In this document: positions 16,461-24,534 of the stretch, in pieces
Layout of the letters: each line of letters opens with the position of its first letter
Position numbering within the stretch: the stretch's first letter is position 1
From: a virus
DNA: 25,394 nt
Strand: one strand, 5' to 3'
UHGV virus genome: UHGV-1498341
The notes under the pieces: generated by a model
Told to the model about the DNA's origin: nothing
The model's input: the letters and a program-made list of their open reading frames with translations, nothing else
The model's database searches: none
Program-made: the position numbers and the translations under genes

Positions 16461-16890
16461 CTACAACAGTAAACTTATCTGTATTATATAGTTTATTTAA
16501 CTCTTCAATTGCTGCATTTTCCTCTTTCTTATAATCAGAAAGATATGGTAAAATTGTATTAAATAACTCAGCATAACGCTCTACCCCTGGTAAGGTATCA
16601 CCAAACATCTGCTCAGTAATATTCGTATTAAATGCCTTATCTACATCCTCTTTGAAAGTAGTAAGAACCTTCTCTTCAATTTCAGCATACGCAATAAGCT
16701 TTTCAAGGGCATCTTCAGTCTCAATAGACTCAAACTCTTTGTTCAAACTCTCATCAATATTTTGATACTTTTTCATAAGTCTAAGAATGTTACCAACTAA
16801 TCTCTTATCAGAGAAGTCAATTCTTACAACATTATCTGTTCCCTCTACATGTAATTCACAAATCTTTGATAAATTTTTGATAGTATTCAT
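16438..16890 (-). CDS. tail assembly chaperone (gpG-like)
   Basis: 150 aa acidic protein between the major tail and tape measure genes. Its 3' end overlaps the next ORF by 23 nt. Confidence 0.55.
   Translation of the reverse strand: MNTIKNLSKICELHVEGTDNVVRIDFSDKRLVGNILRLMKKYQNIDESLNKEFESIETEDALEKLIAYAEIEEKVLTTFKEDVDKAFNTNITEQMFGDTLPGVERYAELFNTILPYLSDYKKEENAAIEELNKLYNTDKFTVVDGGEVDV
16581..16589 (-). repeat. motif copy (exact), in the G-like chaperone
   Basis: Reads LPGVERY (frame 1). Confidence 0.8.
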
Positions 16891-16912
16891 TTTAAATCCT
16901 CCTAGAACTTTT

Positions 16913-16949
16913 AAAAAGATAGGATACCCCTAGATAACTAGAGGTATCC
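16913..16949 (-). terminator. terminator/attenuator hairpin between the major tail and chaperone genes
   Basis: Minus-strand RNA: ggauaccucuag-uuau-cuagggguaucc (12-bp stem with one G-U pair), then uauc and UUUUU. The stem contains a variant copy of the motif (GGGGTATCC). Confidence 0.5.
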
Positions 16950-16955
16950 AAAATG

Positions 16956-17483
16956 TTATAAACTACTCTTAGGTGTGAAAGTAGCTACTCCAGTCTCCTT
17001 ATCGTATGAAGCAGTTCCCTCAACAGCCTCACCTACAATAGTGTAAGTAGCCTCTACCTTGATTTTATCCTGAGCGTCTCCACCAAATGAAGAAACTTCA
17101 CAGACTGCTGGATATTTATAAGCTACATTGCCACCAGTAGCATATGTCTTAATCTGAACAAGCTCACAGTTAGCTTTGCTATCTGTAACCTCATGGTCAA
17201 AAAGATACTCTTCATACTTACAAACTGGGTCTTCTTTAAGATAAACACCTGAATGTGAAAAACTCTTCTTATACGCTTTAATAACGTGATTAGCTACTTT
17301 AGAAGTAACGTCTGCTGGGTCATCAGTCTCAACACCTGAATCCATACTATTTGACTCAGCCATTAAGAGAGCCATATGAAATGCTTTTGTCTCAAATGTA
17401 GATAAATCTTCTGGAACGTTTACAAAATACAAAAGTTCCTCAGAACCTACAGTTGACTGTCTTATTTCTGTTAGATTAGCCAT
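16956..17483 (-). CDS. major tail protein (TP901-1/phi13-type)
   Basis: 175 aa acidic protein. Followed by a terminator-like hairpin and then the chaperone pair, the classic siphovirus layout. Confidence 0.6.
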   Translation of the reverse strand: MANLTEIRQSTVGSEELLYFVNVPEDLSTFETKAFHMALLMAESNSMDSGVETDDPADVTSKVANHVIKAYKKSFSHSGVYLKEDPVCKYEEYLFDHEVTDSKANCELVQIKTYATGGNVAYKYPAVCEVSSFGGDAQDKIKVEATYTIVGEAVEGTASYDKETGVATFTPKSSL

Positions 17484-17485
17484 GA

Positions 17486-17920
17486 CTATAATCTCCTTCC
17501 ATAATTGATAGAAAATTTACTAATAAAATCTTTTGCACCATTTGCATAGACTGCTGAAAGCTTGGTGGAAGCCTTAGTAACTACCCCTGATACATAGAAA
17601 TCATCAGTTTTGATTGATTTATAGTTAGACTTGATAAAAGATACCAAATCATCAACTATCTTGATTGAATCTAAATCGGCAAATCCATTATCGTTTGCCA
17701 TAATACGATAATAACATTGTAATGATATTTCTCCATCAACAAACATACCAGTGATGTCCTTTTTCTCAACTACAGTATTATCATCAGCAAGTGAAAACAT
17801 TATACTATCTTTATCAGGCTTTAACTCATCAAATGATAGTTTCAATTTAGTGCCTGACCTGATTGTATAGTTACTATTTATATAAGAAATAATAAACTCA
17901 ATAATTTCAGATATACTCAT
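17486..17920 (-). CDS. tail completion / tail terminator protein
   Basis: 144 aa. Immediately upstream of the major tail gene. Assigned by synteny. Confidence 0.4.
   Translation of the reverse strand: MSISEIIEFIISYINSNYTIRSGTKLKLSFDELKPDKDSIMFSLADDNTVVEKKDITGMFVDGEISLQCYYRIMANDNGFADLDSIKIVDDLVSFIKSNYKSIKTDDFYVSGVVTKASTKLSAVYANGAKDFISKFSINYGRRL
17581..17589 (-). repeat. motif copy (exact), in the tail completion gene
   Basis: Reads SGVVTKA (frame 1). Confidence 0.8.
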
Positions 17921-18309
17921 TATTTAGCCTCCAAACCTTGTAATAAGTCCTTCGCATATTGGTCAGCCCATTTCTTAGCATACTCACGTTCAGAAACATC
18001 GACTGGATTACCTTGAGCTTGTATATGAACATCTTTTGTATAATTTTTTGGAATACCTGATGGGGCTATTGGATTGAAAGCATAGCTTGCATAACTCTCC
18101 GCATACATGTAACCCTTTGGAGTATCTGGCACATTTTTTGCTAGATTACCATGTTTATAAGGAACAAATTGGTCGGTATCTTTTTTGATATTATTGACCA
18201 GATTGCGATAAGCTTGCTCTTTATTTTTATCTATTGTCTTTTGAACCTCTTCTATAATAAGACTAGATATATCTAAGTTAGGTGAAATTGTAACAACTTT
18301 ATTTGCCAT
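17920..18309 (-). CDS. head-tail joining / tail-component protein (HK97 gp10-like)
   Basis: 129 aa. Its stop overlaps the next gene's start (ATGA). Assigned by synteny. Confidence 0.4.
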   Translation of the reverse strand: MANKVVTISPNLDISSLIIEEVQKTIDKNKEQAYRNLVNNIKKDTDQFVPYKHGNLAKNVPDTPKGYMYAESYASYAFNPIAPSGIPKNYTKDVHIQAQGNPVDVSEREYAKKWADQYAKDLLQGLEAK

Positions 18310-18324
18310 ATGAAATCACCTCAT

Positions 18325-18744
18325 TTACTTAGCAACTATAACTTTATTATCTAAATTACTGCCAAATTGATAATCAGATATAGCAGTAATCTCATATAAG
18401 CTACCCCTATTGTTTCGGTAATCATTTATTGTTAAACCATCTAAGTCAATAACTCCAAAACCAATTAAATCTTCTTTGGATATTGTATATGTAGTATCTA
18501 TATTAACTGTCTCGTCATTTTTAAAGGTAAATGAATCGACATAACTTTTATTTGCTTTAACATCTCTTGGAATGTAACAAGTAACTTTATCATCTTTGCT
18601 ACTACCAGTAGTTTTTCGTGCATTTACCTCATCCAAAACAAACTGAACACCTGATAATATAACCCTTGAGTAATATACTTTATTATCTCGTTCATACTTA
18701 TTGAAAATTGTAATAGTATGTGGAAATAACGACATAATACTCAA
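18325..18744 (-). CDS. head closure / head-tail adaptor protein
   Basis: 139 aa. Assigned by synteny. Confidence 0.4.
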   Translation of the reverse strand: MSIMSLFPHTITIFNKYERDNKVYYSRVILSGVQFVLDEVNARKTTGSSKDDKVTCYIPRDVKANKSYVDSFTFKNDETVNIDTTYTISKEDLIGFGVIDLDGLTINDYRNNRGSLYEITAISDYQFGSNLDNKVIVAK

Positions 18745-18768
18745 ACCTCCTTTAATAACATCAAAGTT

Positions 18769-19152
18769 TTAAATCCAACTACAAGTAAGTGGTGTTCCTC
18801 CAAGATATGAATTTACAACTGAATGTAAACTAGACATTACTGATTTAGGTAATGTATCTGAAGCATAGTTTACAGACCAACTACCAACAGATTCAGAAGA
18901 TTTAATACCTACCCCGATAGACTCTGATTCAAGTCTATCACATATAGCACATACACAAGACTTAACTCGCATAAGTGTAAACTCATTTAAACTATCTTCG
19001 GTAAGATTTTGAAATCTACCAAAAGTAAAATTGTCTACAGTAATATAGCTAAGATTTAATAACCTATTAAAATCATCTTCACTGAGTTTGCCATGAAACT
19101 CATCTTTGTAGTAATTGTAATCTACAGTAATCATATAACAAACTCCTTTCAT
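18769..19152 (-). CDS. head-tail connector / DNA packaging (gp6- or gp15-like) protein
   Basis: 127 aa. First of four small genes between the capsid and major tail genes. Assigned by synteny and size only. Confidence 0.4.
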   Translation of the reverse strand: MKGVCYMITVDYNYYKDEFHGKLSEDDFNRLLNLSYITVDNFTFGRFQNLTEDSLNEFTLMRVKSCVCAICDRLESESIGVGIKSSESVGSWSVNYASDTLPKSVMSSLHSVVNSYLGGTPLTCSWI

Positions 19153-19205
19153 TTATGATAACTAATATAAACTAAATAACTTTAAATTATATTACTTATC
19201 ATAAC

Positions 19206-19228
19206 AGTGGGTGGACTAGCCACCCACT
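19206..19228 (-). terminator. GC-rich hairpin after the post-MCP gene (weak terminator or RNA stabiliser)
   Basis: agtgggtgg-actag-ccacccact is a perfect 9-bp stem. Downstream on the minus strand is U-rich but has no clean U-tract. Confidence 0.4.
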
Positions 19229-19231
19229 AGA

Positions 19232-19792
19232 CTACTGAATAGTTGAACAGTCTAATAATATCTTATTATCCTTAGATAAATCAATAGATGCTGTTAATGT
19301 TATATCGCCACTATTTGCGCCAATTACAACAGAATACTCTAAAGTTTTAATATTTCTATAACTCATATAATCTTGTGTATAACTTGCAAGATTATATCTA
19401 CTTAGATTTTTTATAAATTCATTAGGTCTTTCAACAGTAACTCCATTTATAGATATAGATTTAATAGTAAATGCTTTACCTTCAGTATTAATCAAATATG
19501 CTGCATACATAGGAAGTCTATCAAGCTTTAAACTATATTTTACTACACCATTAGATACTGTAATTCTATCTATAGAAGAGTAAAGATAATCTGAATTGTA
19601 AGCTTCACCATCTATATCTAAACCTCTTCCCCAATATAAACCTGTTGGATTAGTAAGTGGATATTCAGTGTAGAAACTAACTACGTCATTATCTCTAGCC
19701 TCTATAAAACATTTACCATCACTAAATGCTAAGTGTCGAGTAATAGAATCACCTTCTGATAATAATGTATATCCGATTTGCTTTGTATTCAT
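19232..19792 (-). CDS. hypothetical protein after MCP (possible capsid decoration or Ig-like protein)
   Basis: The ORF track starts at a TTG at 19801. An ATG three codons in (MNTKQIGY) is the more likely start. Function unknown. Followed by a GC-rich hairpin. Confidence 0.45.
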   Translation of the reverse strand: MNTKQIGYTLLSEGDSITRHLAFSDGKCFIEARDNDVVSFYTEYPLTNPTGLYWGRGLDIDGEAYNSDYLYSSIDRITVSNGVVKYSLKLDRLPMYAAYLINTEGKAFTIKSISINGVTVERPNEFIKNLSRYNLASYTQDYMSYRNIKTLEYSVVIGANSGDITLTASIDLSKDNKILLDCSTIQ

Positions 19793-19847
19793 AGAATTCA
19801 AACCATAAATAGGTTTGCCCTTATAACTTAAGTTTATCTGAATCTTT

Positions 19848-20714
19848 TTAGACTATAAGATTTTTTTTAACAGTTACACAAGCTGGATTTGTAACCTTGA
19901 AACCAGTGTCAACCTCTTCCTGAACGAGTGCACCTGCTGCATTAGGGTTATCAATAGTTCTCAGCATAACAAGCTTATCGATGATTGAATAAGCCATATG
20001 GTCATACATGATAAGCTCTACTTTAGAAGTATCTGCTGTCTGAGATACCCCTGAAGCGTTTCTGTATTTGAAAGAACCACCAAGCAAAGTAGCTTCAACC
20101 CAAAGCATACCCATCCAATAACCTACACGTCCAGTAGCAACAACTGAATCATTTGCAACTGGTGTATAATCTTTTCCAGCTGTCTCAAGCATAGCAGAAT
20201 AAGCATCTACTGATGCAATAACAACATCTGGTCTAGCATGTTTCTTTCTTAAATCTTTACGAAGAGCTAAAACCTTCTCCTTAATATTAGCTGATGTGAT
20301 AGCATCAGTATCAGATGAAGCAGTTCCCTCTGTAACTAATACAGCAAGACCTGTCTTCTGACGAGCAATACGAATATCCTCTGTTACTGCCCAAGTCTTA
20401 TTTAAAAGAACTGATGTTGGCATTGTAGCCTGAACATAAGCTGGAACCTTCTGACTCTTCTGGAAAGAGTTATTAGTGTTGATATCAATAACTGTATTAG
20501 CATACTCGCTATTTACGAAATCAGCACCTGGAACCTTTGGTTCAATACTATTATCTGGTGAATAAACCTCAACCTGAATCTGACCTGCATTACCTACATC
20601 ATGCTCAGATGTGAAAGTTACACCATCCTGAAAAATCTCATCTGCATATAAGCCACCTTCAACTACAGGTGACATACCAGTGGCTACAGTAGCCTGACCT
20701 ACAACTAAAGCCAT
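19848..20714 (-). CDS. major capsid protein
   Basis: 288 aa. Immediately follows the scaffold gene with a tight RBS aggagg. SPP1-like order portal-scaffold-MCP. No prohead protease gene is present. Confidence 0.6.
   Translation of the reverse strand: MALVVGQATVATGMSPVVEGGLYADEIFQDGVTFTSEHDVGNAGQIQVEVYSPDNSIEPKVPGADFVNSEYANTVIDINTNNSFQKSQKVPAYVQATMPTSVLLNKTWAVTEDIRIARQKTGLAVLVTEGTASSDTDAITSANIKEKVLALRKDLRKKHARPDVVIASVDAYSAMLETAGKDYTPVANDSVVATGRVGYWMGMLWVEATLLGGSFKYRNASGVSQTADTSKVELIMYDHMAYSIIDKLVMLRTIDNPNAAGALVQEEVDTGFKVTNPACVTVKKNLIV
20047..20054 (-). repeat. motif copy (8-mer TACCCCTG; TAT replaces TAG), in the MCP
   Basis: Reads NASGVSQT. Confidence 0.7.
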
Positions 20715-20727
20715 AATTGTTTACCTC

Positions 20728-21459
20728 CTATTTTCGTATACCTTTGTTACGAAGAAATGTATCGACTGCACTGTCGACATCATTAACTCCGTTTGGATTA
20801 ACTACCCCTGTAAAGGAAGTAGCACCTTGTGCTACTTGACCTGTCTGAACTGTAGACTGAACAGCAACACTAGGATTTTGAGCAACACCCTGAACCTGTG
20901 CAACAGCACTAGGCTGGTTTGTATTTACCTGCTGATTTTGAGCGACACTCGTATTCTGCATAGCAGTCTGAGAAGATACCTGACCTGCAGATGGAATAGT
21001 CTGTGGTGTAGGCTGAGTGTTCTGAATGCTCTGACTGATATTGAATAATTGAGCATTTGCCTGAGTGTATTCCTTCACTGCATCTGCAAAGCTTTTTCCA
21101 TTAACAGCAAGCTTCTGAGCTTCAAAAGCAACAAACTCTTGCATATAAGCAGGAACTCCTGCATTAGCAACAATTTCTTTGTTTTTGTAACCCTGTAACT
21201 CTGCAAGGTAACTCTGTGATAACTGCTGTGCCTGAGCTAACTGATTTGTTAAATCCTGAACATGCTGATTAAGCGGATTTACTCTGCCCTGAATGATACT
21301 ATTCAACTGCTCCTGAGTAAACAGTGCCTGACTGTTTTGAGCTGACTGAGTAGGCTGAGTAGGATACCCCTGATTGACTACTTGAGTCTGAGTAGGCTGA
21401 CTCTGCACATTTTGCTGGGTGATAGGCACATTGGCTGTCGCATTAGTTAAATTATCCAT
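20728..21459 (-). CDS. scaffolding protein (Q-rich, coiled-coil)
   Basis: 243 aa with a Gln/Ala-rich low-complexity N-terminus, a predicted coiled coil and a basic C-terminus. Lies between portal and capsid genes. Driven by its own consensus promoter. Confidence 0.6.
   Translation of the reverse strand: MDNLTNATANVPITQQNVQSQPTQTQVVNQGYPTQPTQSAQNSQALFTQEQLNSIIQGRVNPLNQHVQDLTNQLAQAQQLSQSYLAELQGYKNKEIVANAGVPAYMQEFVAFEAQKLAVNGKSFADAVKEYTQANAQLFNISQSIQNTQPTPQTIPSAGQVSSQTAMQNTSVAQNQQVNTNQPSAVAQVQGVAQNPSVAVQSTVQTGQVAQGATSFTGVVNPNGVNDVDSAVDTFLRNKGIRK
20802..20810 (-). repeat. motif copy (exact), in the scaffold gene
   Basis: Reads FTGVVNP (frame 1). Confidence 0.8.
21365..21372 (-). repeat. motif copy in the forbidden frame, realised as CAG GGG TAT
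   Basis: Scaffold reads VNQGYP. The frame in which TAG would be a stop carries TAT instead. Confidence 0.7.
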
Positions 21460-21505
21460 AATATCAATCCTCCACGATTTTACGTCTCTCGACTACTTTA
21501 AATGT

Positions 21506-21534
21506 ATTATAGCATGCTTTTTATTTTTTGTCAA
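21506..21534 (-). promoter_or_regulatory. perfect consensus sigma-A promoter: TTGACA-N17-TATAAT, upstream of the scaffold and MCP genes
   Basis: Minus strand. TTGACA at 21529-21534, spacer aaaaataaaaagcatgc (17 nt), TATAAT at 21506-21511. A GGAGG RBS lies 9 nt before the scaffold ATG at 21459. Confidence 0.7.
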
Positions 21535-21645
21535 GAGGAGTTATAGAAAAATATTAACATAATAAAAAATACATAACAAAACATACTTTAAACTAAATAA
21601 AAAGCCTATATTGTATAAACAATACAAGCTCTTTATAGTTACAAG

Positions 21646-23085
21646 TTATTCAGCTGATTGTGCAGTGTCTGATGAAATAGCATTGATTTTTGTTTGAGCA
21701 TCTTCAATAGTTTCACCATACCACTTTGCTCTATACTCAGCTTTAGACATAATACCATCTCTAACATCCTGTCTATCCTGCTCTCTCTCTTTATCATCAG
21801 CCTCAACAATATTATCTTGAGCAGTTACAGTAACCTTAGCGTCAGCATTAACTGCTACCCCTAGAACATTTTGACCTAACCAAAGTATCTCAGATACTAA
21901 AGACTTAATAGCTACACATACCATATTAGTCATTTTACCAGAGTTACGAACAAAATCCTGTCTCTCACCTGCATACTCAGTAGCTGTAACACCATTACTC
22001 ATTGAGAAATTATAAAACTTTGTTCCAAAACCTACAAGACTACTAAACATATTTAACTGATTTTGTAGTTCAGCGTCAAGCTCAGTAGAACGTAAACTTG
22101 GTGCAAAGTCCTTAATATATTCATTGATAGAAGTATCTGCATCATCACCAAAGAACTGCATTAAAGACTGTCTCATATCTTGAGGTGCAATAGGTTTACC
22201 TTGGTCATCACAAGTAAGTAAACACTTATTCATCATGATAATTCTTCTACCATTAATAACCTCTACTACACAATTATCATATACCTGGTCAATACCCTTA
22301 AGAGTATCAATAGCATTGTAATAAATGGATACCCCAAGAGGACTGTCTAAATCAACATTATTTGCAATATTAGTTTTCATTATAACAAAAAGAGGTTTAA
22401 TACTCTTTGTTCGTATAATACTCAATACTGGAATATCTAAATTAACTTTTTGATAGTTAGCATTATAAATATCATTGTAGATTACATAACCATCAGACTC
22501 CTTGATATGTGAACTAACTGTATAATAAGTCTTGCCTTTTATATTAGTCTCTGAAACAAAAGCGACCTCGGTGATTATACCGTTATCATAAGAGATAGGT
22601 ATAATCCTTGTAGCATTGTAAGACTTAATCTTGATAGTAGCATTAGCTCCACTAACAATATTACCATTAGTATCAACAGTTATACCGTCCAAATCAAGAG
22701 CAAGAGCAGATGTTCCAAGAGCAAACATTTTCTCAAGATTGTCAGATAATATTGTAGAAAAGTTATTACTGCCTAAGACTCCACCATTTTCTTTACTGCC
22801 CTGAACAAAGATACTAGACTTATTGTTTGATGAGCTAACTACAATACTTAAATCCTCACTTAATACTGATGAAACCCAATCTTCACAAGCTCGTTTAGCC
22901 ATATTCAAATGAAACATCTCACGACTAGGAGTAGTAATACCATTGCTATATGATACTGTATGATAACTTTTAACGAAGCCTTTATACCAATCAAGCCACT
23001 CACCTATTTTAGTGTAGTAGCTGGCAACGTTATAGCAGTGACCAAATCTACCCCTGATACATTTTAACATTGAACCATAATCCAT
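21646..23085 (-). CDS. portal protein
   Basis: 479 aa ORF directly downstream of terL, of typical portal size. Acidic C-terminus. Assigned by synteny only; no motif recognised. Confidence 0.65.
   Translation of the reverse strand: MDYGSMLKCIRGRFGHCYNVASYYTKIGEWLDWYKGFVKSYHTVSYSNGITTPSREMFHLNMAKRACEDWVSSVLSEDLSIVVSSSNNKSSIFVQGSKENGGVLGSNNFSTILSDNLEKMFALGTSALALDLDGITVDTNGNIVSGANATIKIKSYNATRIIPISYDNGIITEVAFVSETNIKGKTYYTVSSHIKESDGYVIYNDIYNANYQKVNLDIPVLSIIRTKSIKPLFVIMKTNIANNVDLDSPLGVSIYYNAIDTLKGIDQVYDNCVVEVINGRRIIMMNKCLLTCDDQGKPIAPQDMRQSLMQFFGDDADTSINEYIKDFAPSLRSTELDAELQNQLNMFSSLVGFGTKFYNFSMSNGVTATEYAGERQDFVRNSGKMTNMVCVAIKSLVSEILWLGQNVLGVAVNADAKVTVTAQDNIVEADDKEREQDRQDVRDGIMSKAEYRAKWYGETIEDAQTKINAISSDTAQSAE
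23048..23056 (-). repeat. motif copy (exact), in the portal gene
   Basis: Reads CIRGRFG (frame 2). Confidence 0.8.
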
Positions 23086-23096
23086 TATTAGACCTC

Positions 23097-24446
23097 CTAA
23101 CTACAAAACTTAATTATCTTATCCAAAAATGCTGACCAACTATACTCTTCAGCATCGGCAATATCAATATCAACAGAACCATTATCAAGTCTTTCATCTT
23201 CATGTCCTGGTCTACTATCCCAAACTTGATGTTCAGTAGAGCCAATAACAAACTTACAAGACTTATTAACAAGCCAATGTCGTCTAGCAAGCATAGATTG
23301 TTTAGCTGTAATACGCTTCTTAATAGTATGCTTTTGACAATTCAAAACTCTAATCTGATTATACATAGATAACTCTTTGATTACAGACCTAATCTCATTA
23401 ATCATAACTGGGTCTGCTGAGTCACCATAGATGTATCTGATTACCCCTAAATTCATTGAAATAACTGTCAATAGAAAACTCTTAAAACGTTCATGAAACT
23501 CTACAACGTCAGAGTTACCACCTTTCATATCTATCTCATCATCAAAGAAAGGAATAATCAAATGATAGTTATTACAGATAAGTGTAGCACAGAAAGCAGT
23601 ATTAGAACCATTACCACCAAAGTCTACACCAATACTTATAAACTGAACAGTAACACCTTTCAAAGACTCATTCAAATCATTTAATACCCAAGGACTACTA
23701 TCTTTAGCAAATAGAGTAAATATCAATCCGTCAGAACAAGCACGATTACCAAGGATACCCCTTTGATATTCAACGCTATTTTTATCTGGATAAGTATTCA
23801 GCAACTCCTGCTTTTGATATTCAGTTAGTGCAGTATTGTCAAACAAACTACAACGCATAAAGTTCATCTTTACTTTTTCATTTTCACAAAACCTATCAAT
23901 ATATTTTGTATAAACTTTATGAGTAGGATAAACTGGGTTTAAATCCCACCAAACTTTTTTATCATGTGACTGGGTAAGACGAGAGAGTGCCATAGCTACA
24001 AAGTCTTTTTCATCATCAGATATATAAAGGTTAGCTAACTCAACAGATAACCAAGAACCAAAAGAAAGACCTTGTATTCGTTTATAACTATCAGATTGAC
24101 CACCACCAACAAAGATTACAATTTTAATACCTGTCTTTGTTTTTATTTTAAGACACTCATTACCTTCGTATTTACCTGACTTACATCTACCCCTGAAGAT
24201 AGCAGTAAGACCTAGACCATTACAATCAGCTACATTTAATCTAGCAGTTGTAGATGAAGCACCAGATACTAGATGTATCCTATCTTTGCAATACTCAAGA
24301 TAATTAGCAAAGCTATAAATATTGATAACTGTTTTACCTGCACGATAAGCCCCCTCAAGACAATTATAAGTATTGGAGAGGCAACGATAATAGTAATCAA
24401 TATACCTCTTGCTGAAAGGTTTTATTTCAACTGTTTGTGTATACAT
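23097..24446 (-). CDS. terL: terminase large subunit (PBSX/phage_term_2-like ATPase plus nuclease)
   Basis: 449 aa. Walker A-like LEGAYRAGKT near the N-terminus. A C-terminal VDFGGNGSNTAF acidic-residue nuclease motif. Canonical position between terS and portal. Confidence 0.85.
   Translation of the reverse strand: MYTQTVEIKPFSKRYIDYYYRCLSNTYNCLEGAYRAGKTVINIYSFANYLEYCKDRIHLVSGASSTTARLNVADCNGLGLTAIFRGRCKSGKYEGNECLKIKTKTGIKIVIFVGGGQSDSYKRIQGLSFGSWLSVELANLYISDDEKDFVAMALSRLTQSHDKKVWWDLNPVYPTHKVYTKYIDRFCENEKVKMNFMRCSLFDNTALTEYQKQELLNTYPDKNSVEYQRGILGNRACSDGLIFTLFAKDSSPWVLNDLNESLKGVTVQFISIGVDFGGNGSNTAFCATLICNNYHLIIPFFDDEIDMKGGNSDVVEFHERFKSFLLTVISMNLGVIRYIYGDSADPVMINEIRSVIKELSMYNQIRVLNCQKHTIKKRITAKQSMLARRHWLVNKSCKFVIGSTEHQVWDSRPGHEDERLDNGSVDIDIADAEEYSWSAFLDKIIKFCS
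24187..24195 (-). repeat. motif copy (exact), in the large terminase gene
   Basis: Reads IFRGRCK (frame 2). Confidence 0.8.
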
Positions 24447-24534
24447 TTCTCATCATCATCCTCTCCAGAATTATCCTTAGAGTCTTCACTATTAATTTTA
24501 TCCTTCATTAAAAGTAATAGCTCTACTAGACTCA

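Larger units (their letters stand above)
522..24195 (-). repeat. dispersed strand-specific motif CAGGGGTAG (minus strand), CTACCCCTG on the plus strand
   Basis: 25 exact copies, plus-strand 9-mer starts at 522, 1453, 1612, 2235, 2478, 5269, 6334, 6799, 7678, 8397, 9576, 10404, 11150, 11414, 12656, 13346, 14258, 14297, 16118, 16399, 16581, 17581, 20802, 23048 and 24187. The 8-mer TACCCCTG also occurs at 20047 and 21365. One-base variants (CTACCCCTA/T, GATACCCCT) lie near 1032, 3450, 3900, 5762, 10694, 15522, 16924, 18401, 21855, 23443, 23757 and 24684. Only one reverse-orientation core (AGGGGTA at 5576) was seen. Confidence 0.85.

Noticed and set aside
21612-21628. An AT-rich 6-bp hairpin (ttgtat-aaaca-atacaa) after the portal stop, as a terminator
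   Set aside because: The stem is short and AT-only. The U-run lies 7 nt away. Too weak to call.
522-24195. The SGV/RGS tripeptide as a repeated protein motif, for example a modification or cleavage site
   Set aside because: The same nucleotide string is read in two different frames and gives different peptides. It also occurs in four non-coding spacers. A peptide-level explanation does not fit.
522-24195. The motif as a restriction-site avoidance signature, or as an internal Shine-Dalgarno-like AGGGG pause site
   Set aside because: Avoidance produces depletion, not a 10-mer enriched by orders of magnitude. SD-like pausing would not need the conserved flanking TAG(T) and leading (T)C. I keep this only as a minor alternative.
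24447-24534. A 14-codon ORF (MSNESSRAITFNEG) overlapping the small terminase stop
   Set aside because: It is too short and has no RBS. It is most likely incidental sequence in the spacer between the small and large terminase genes.
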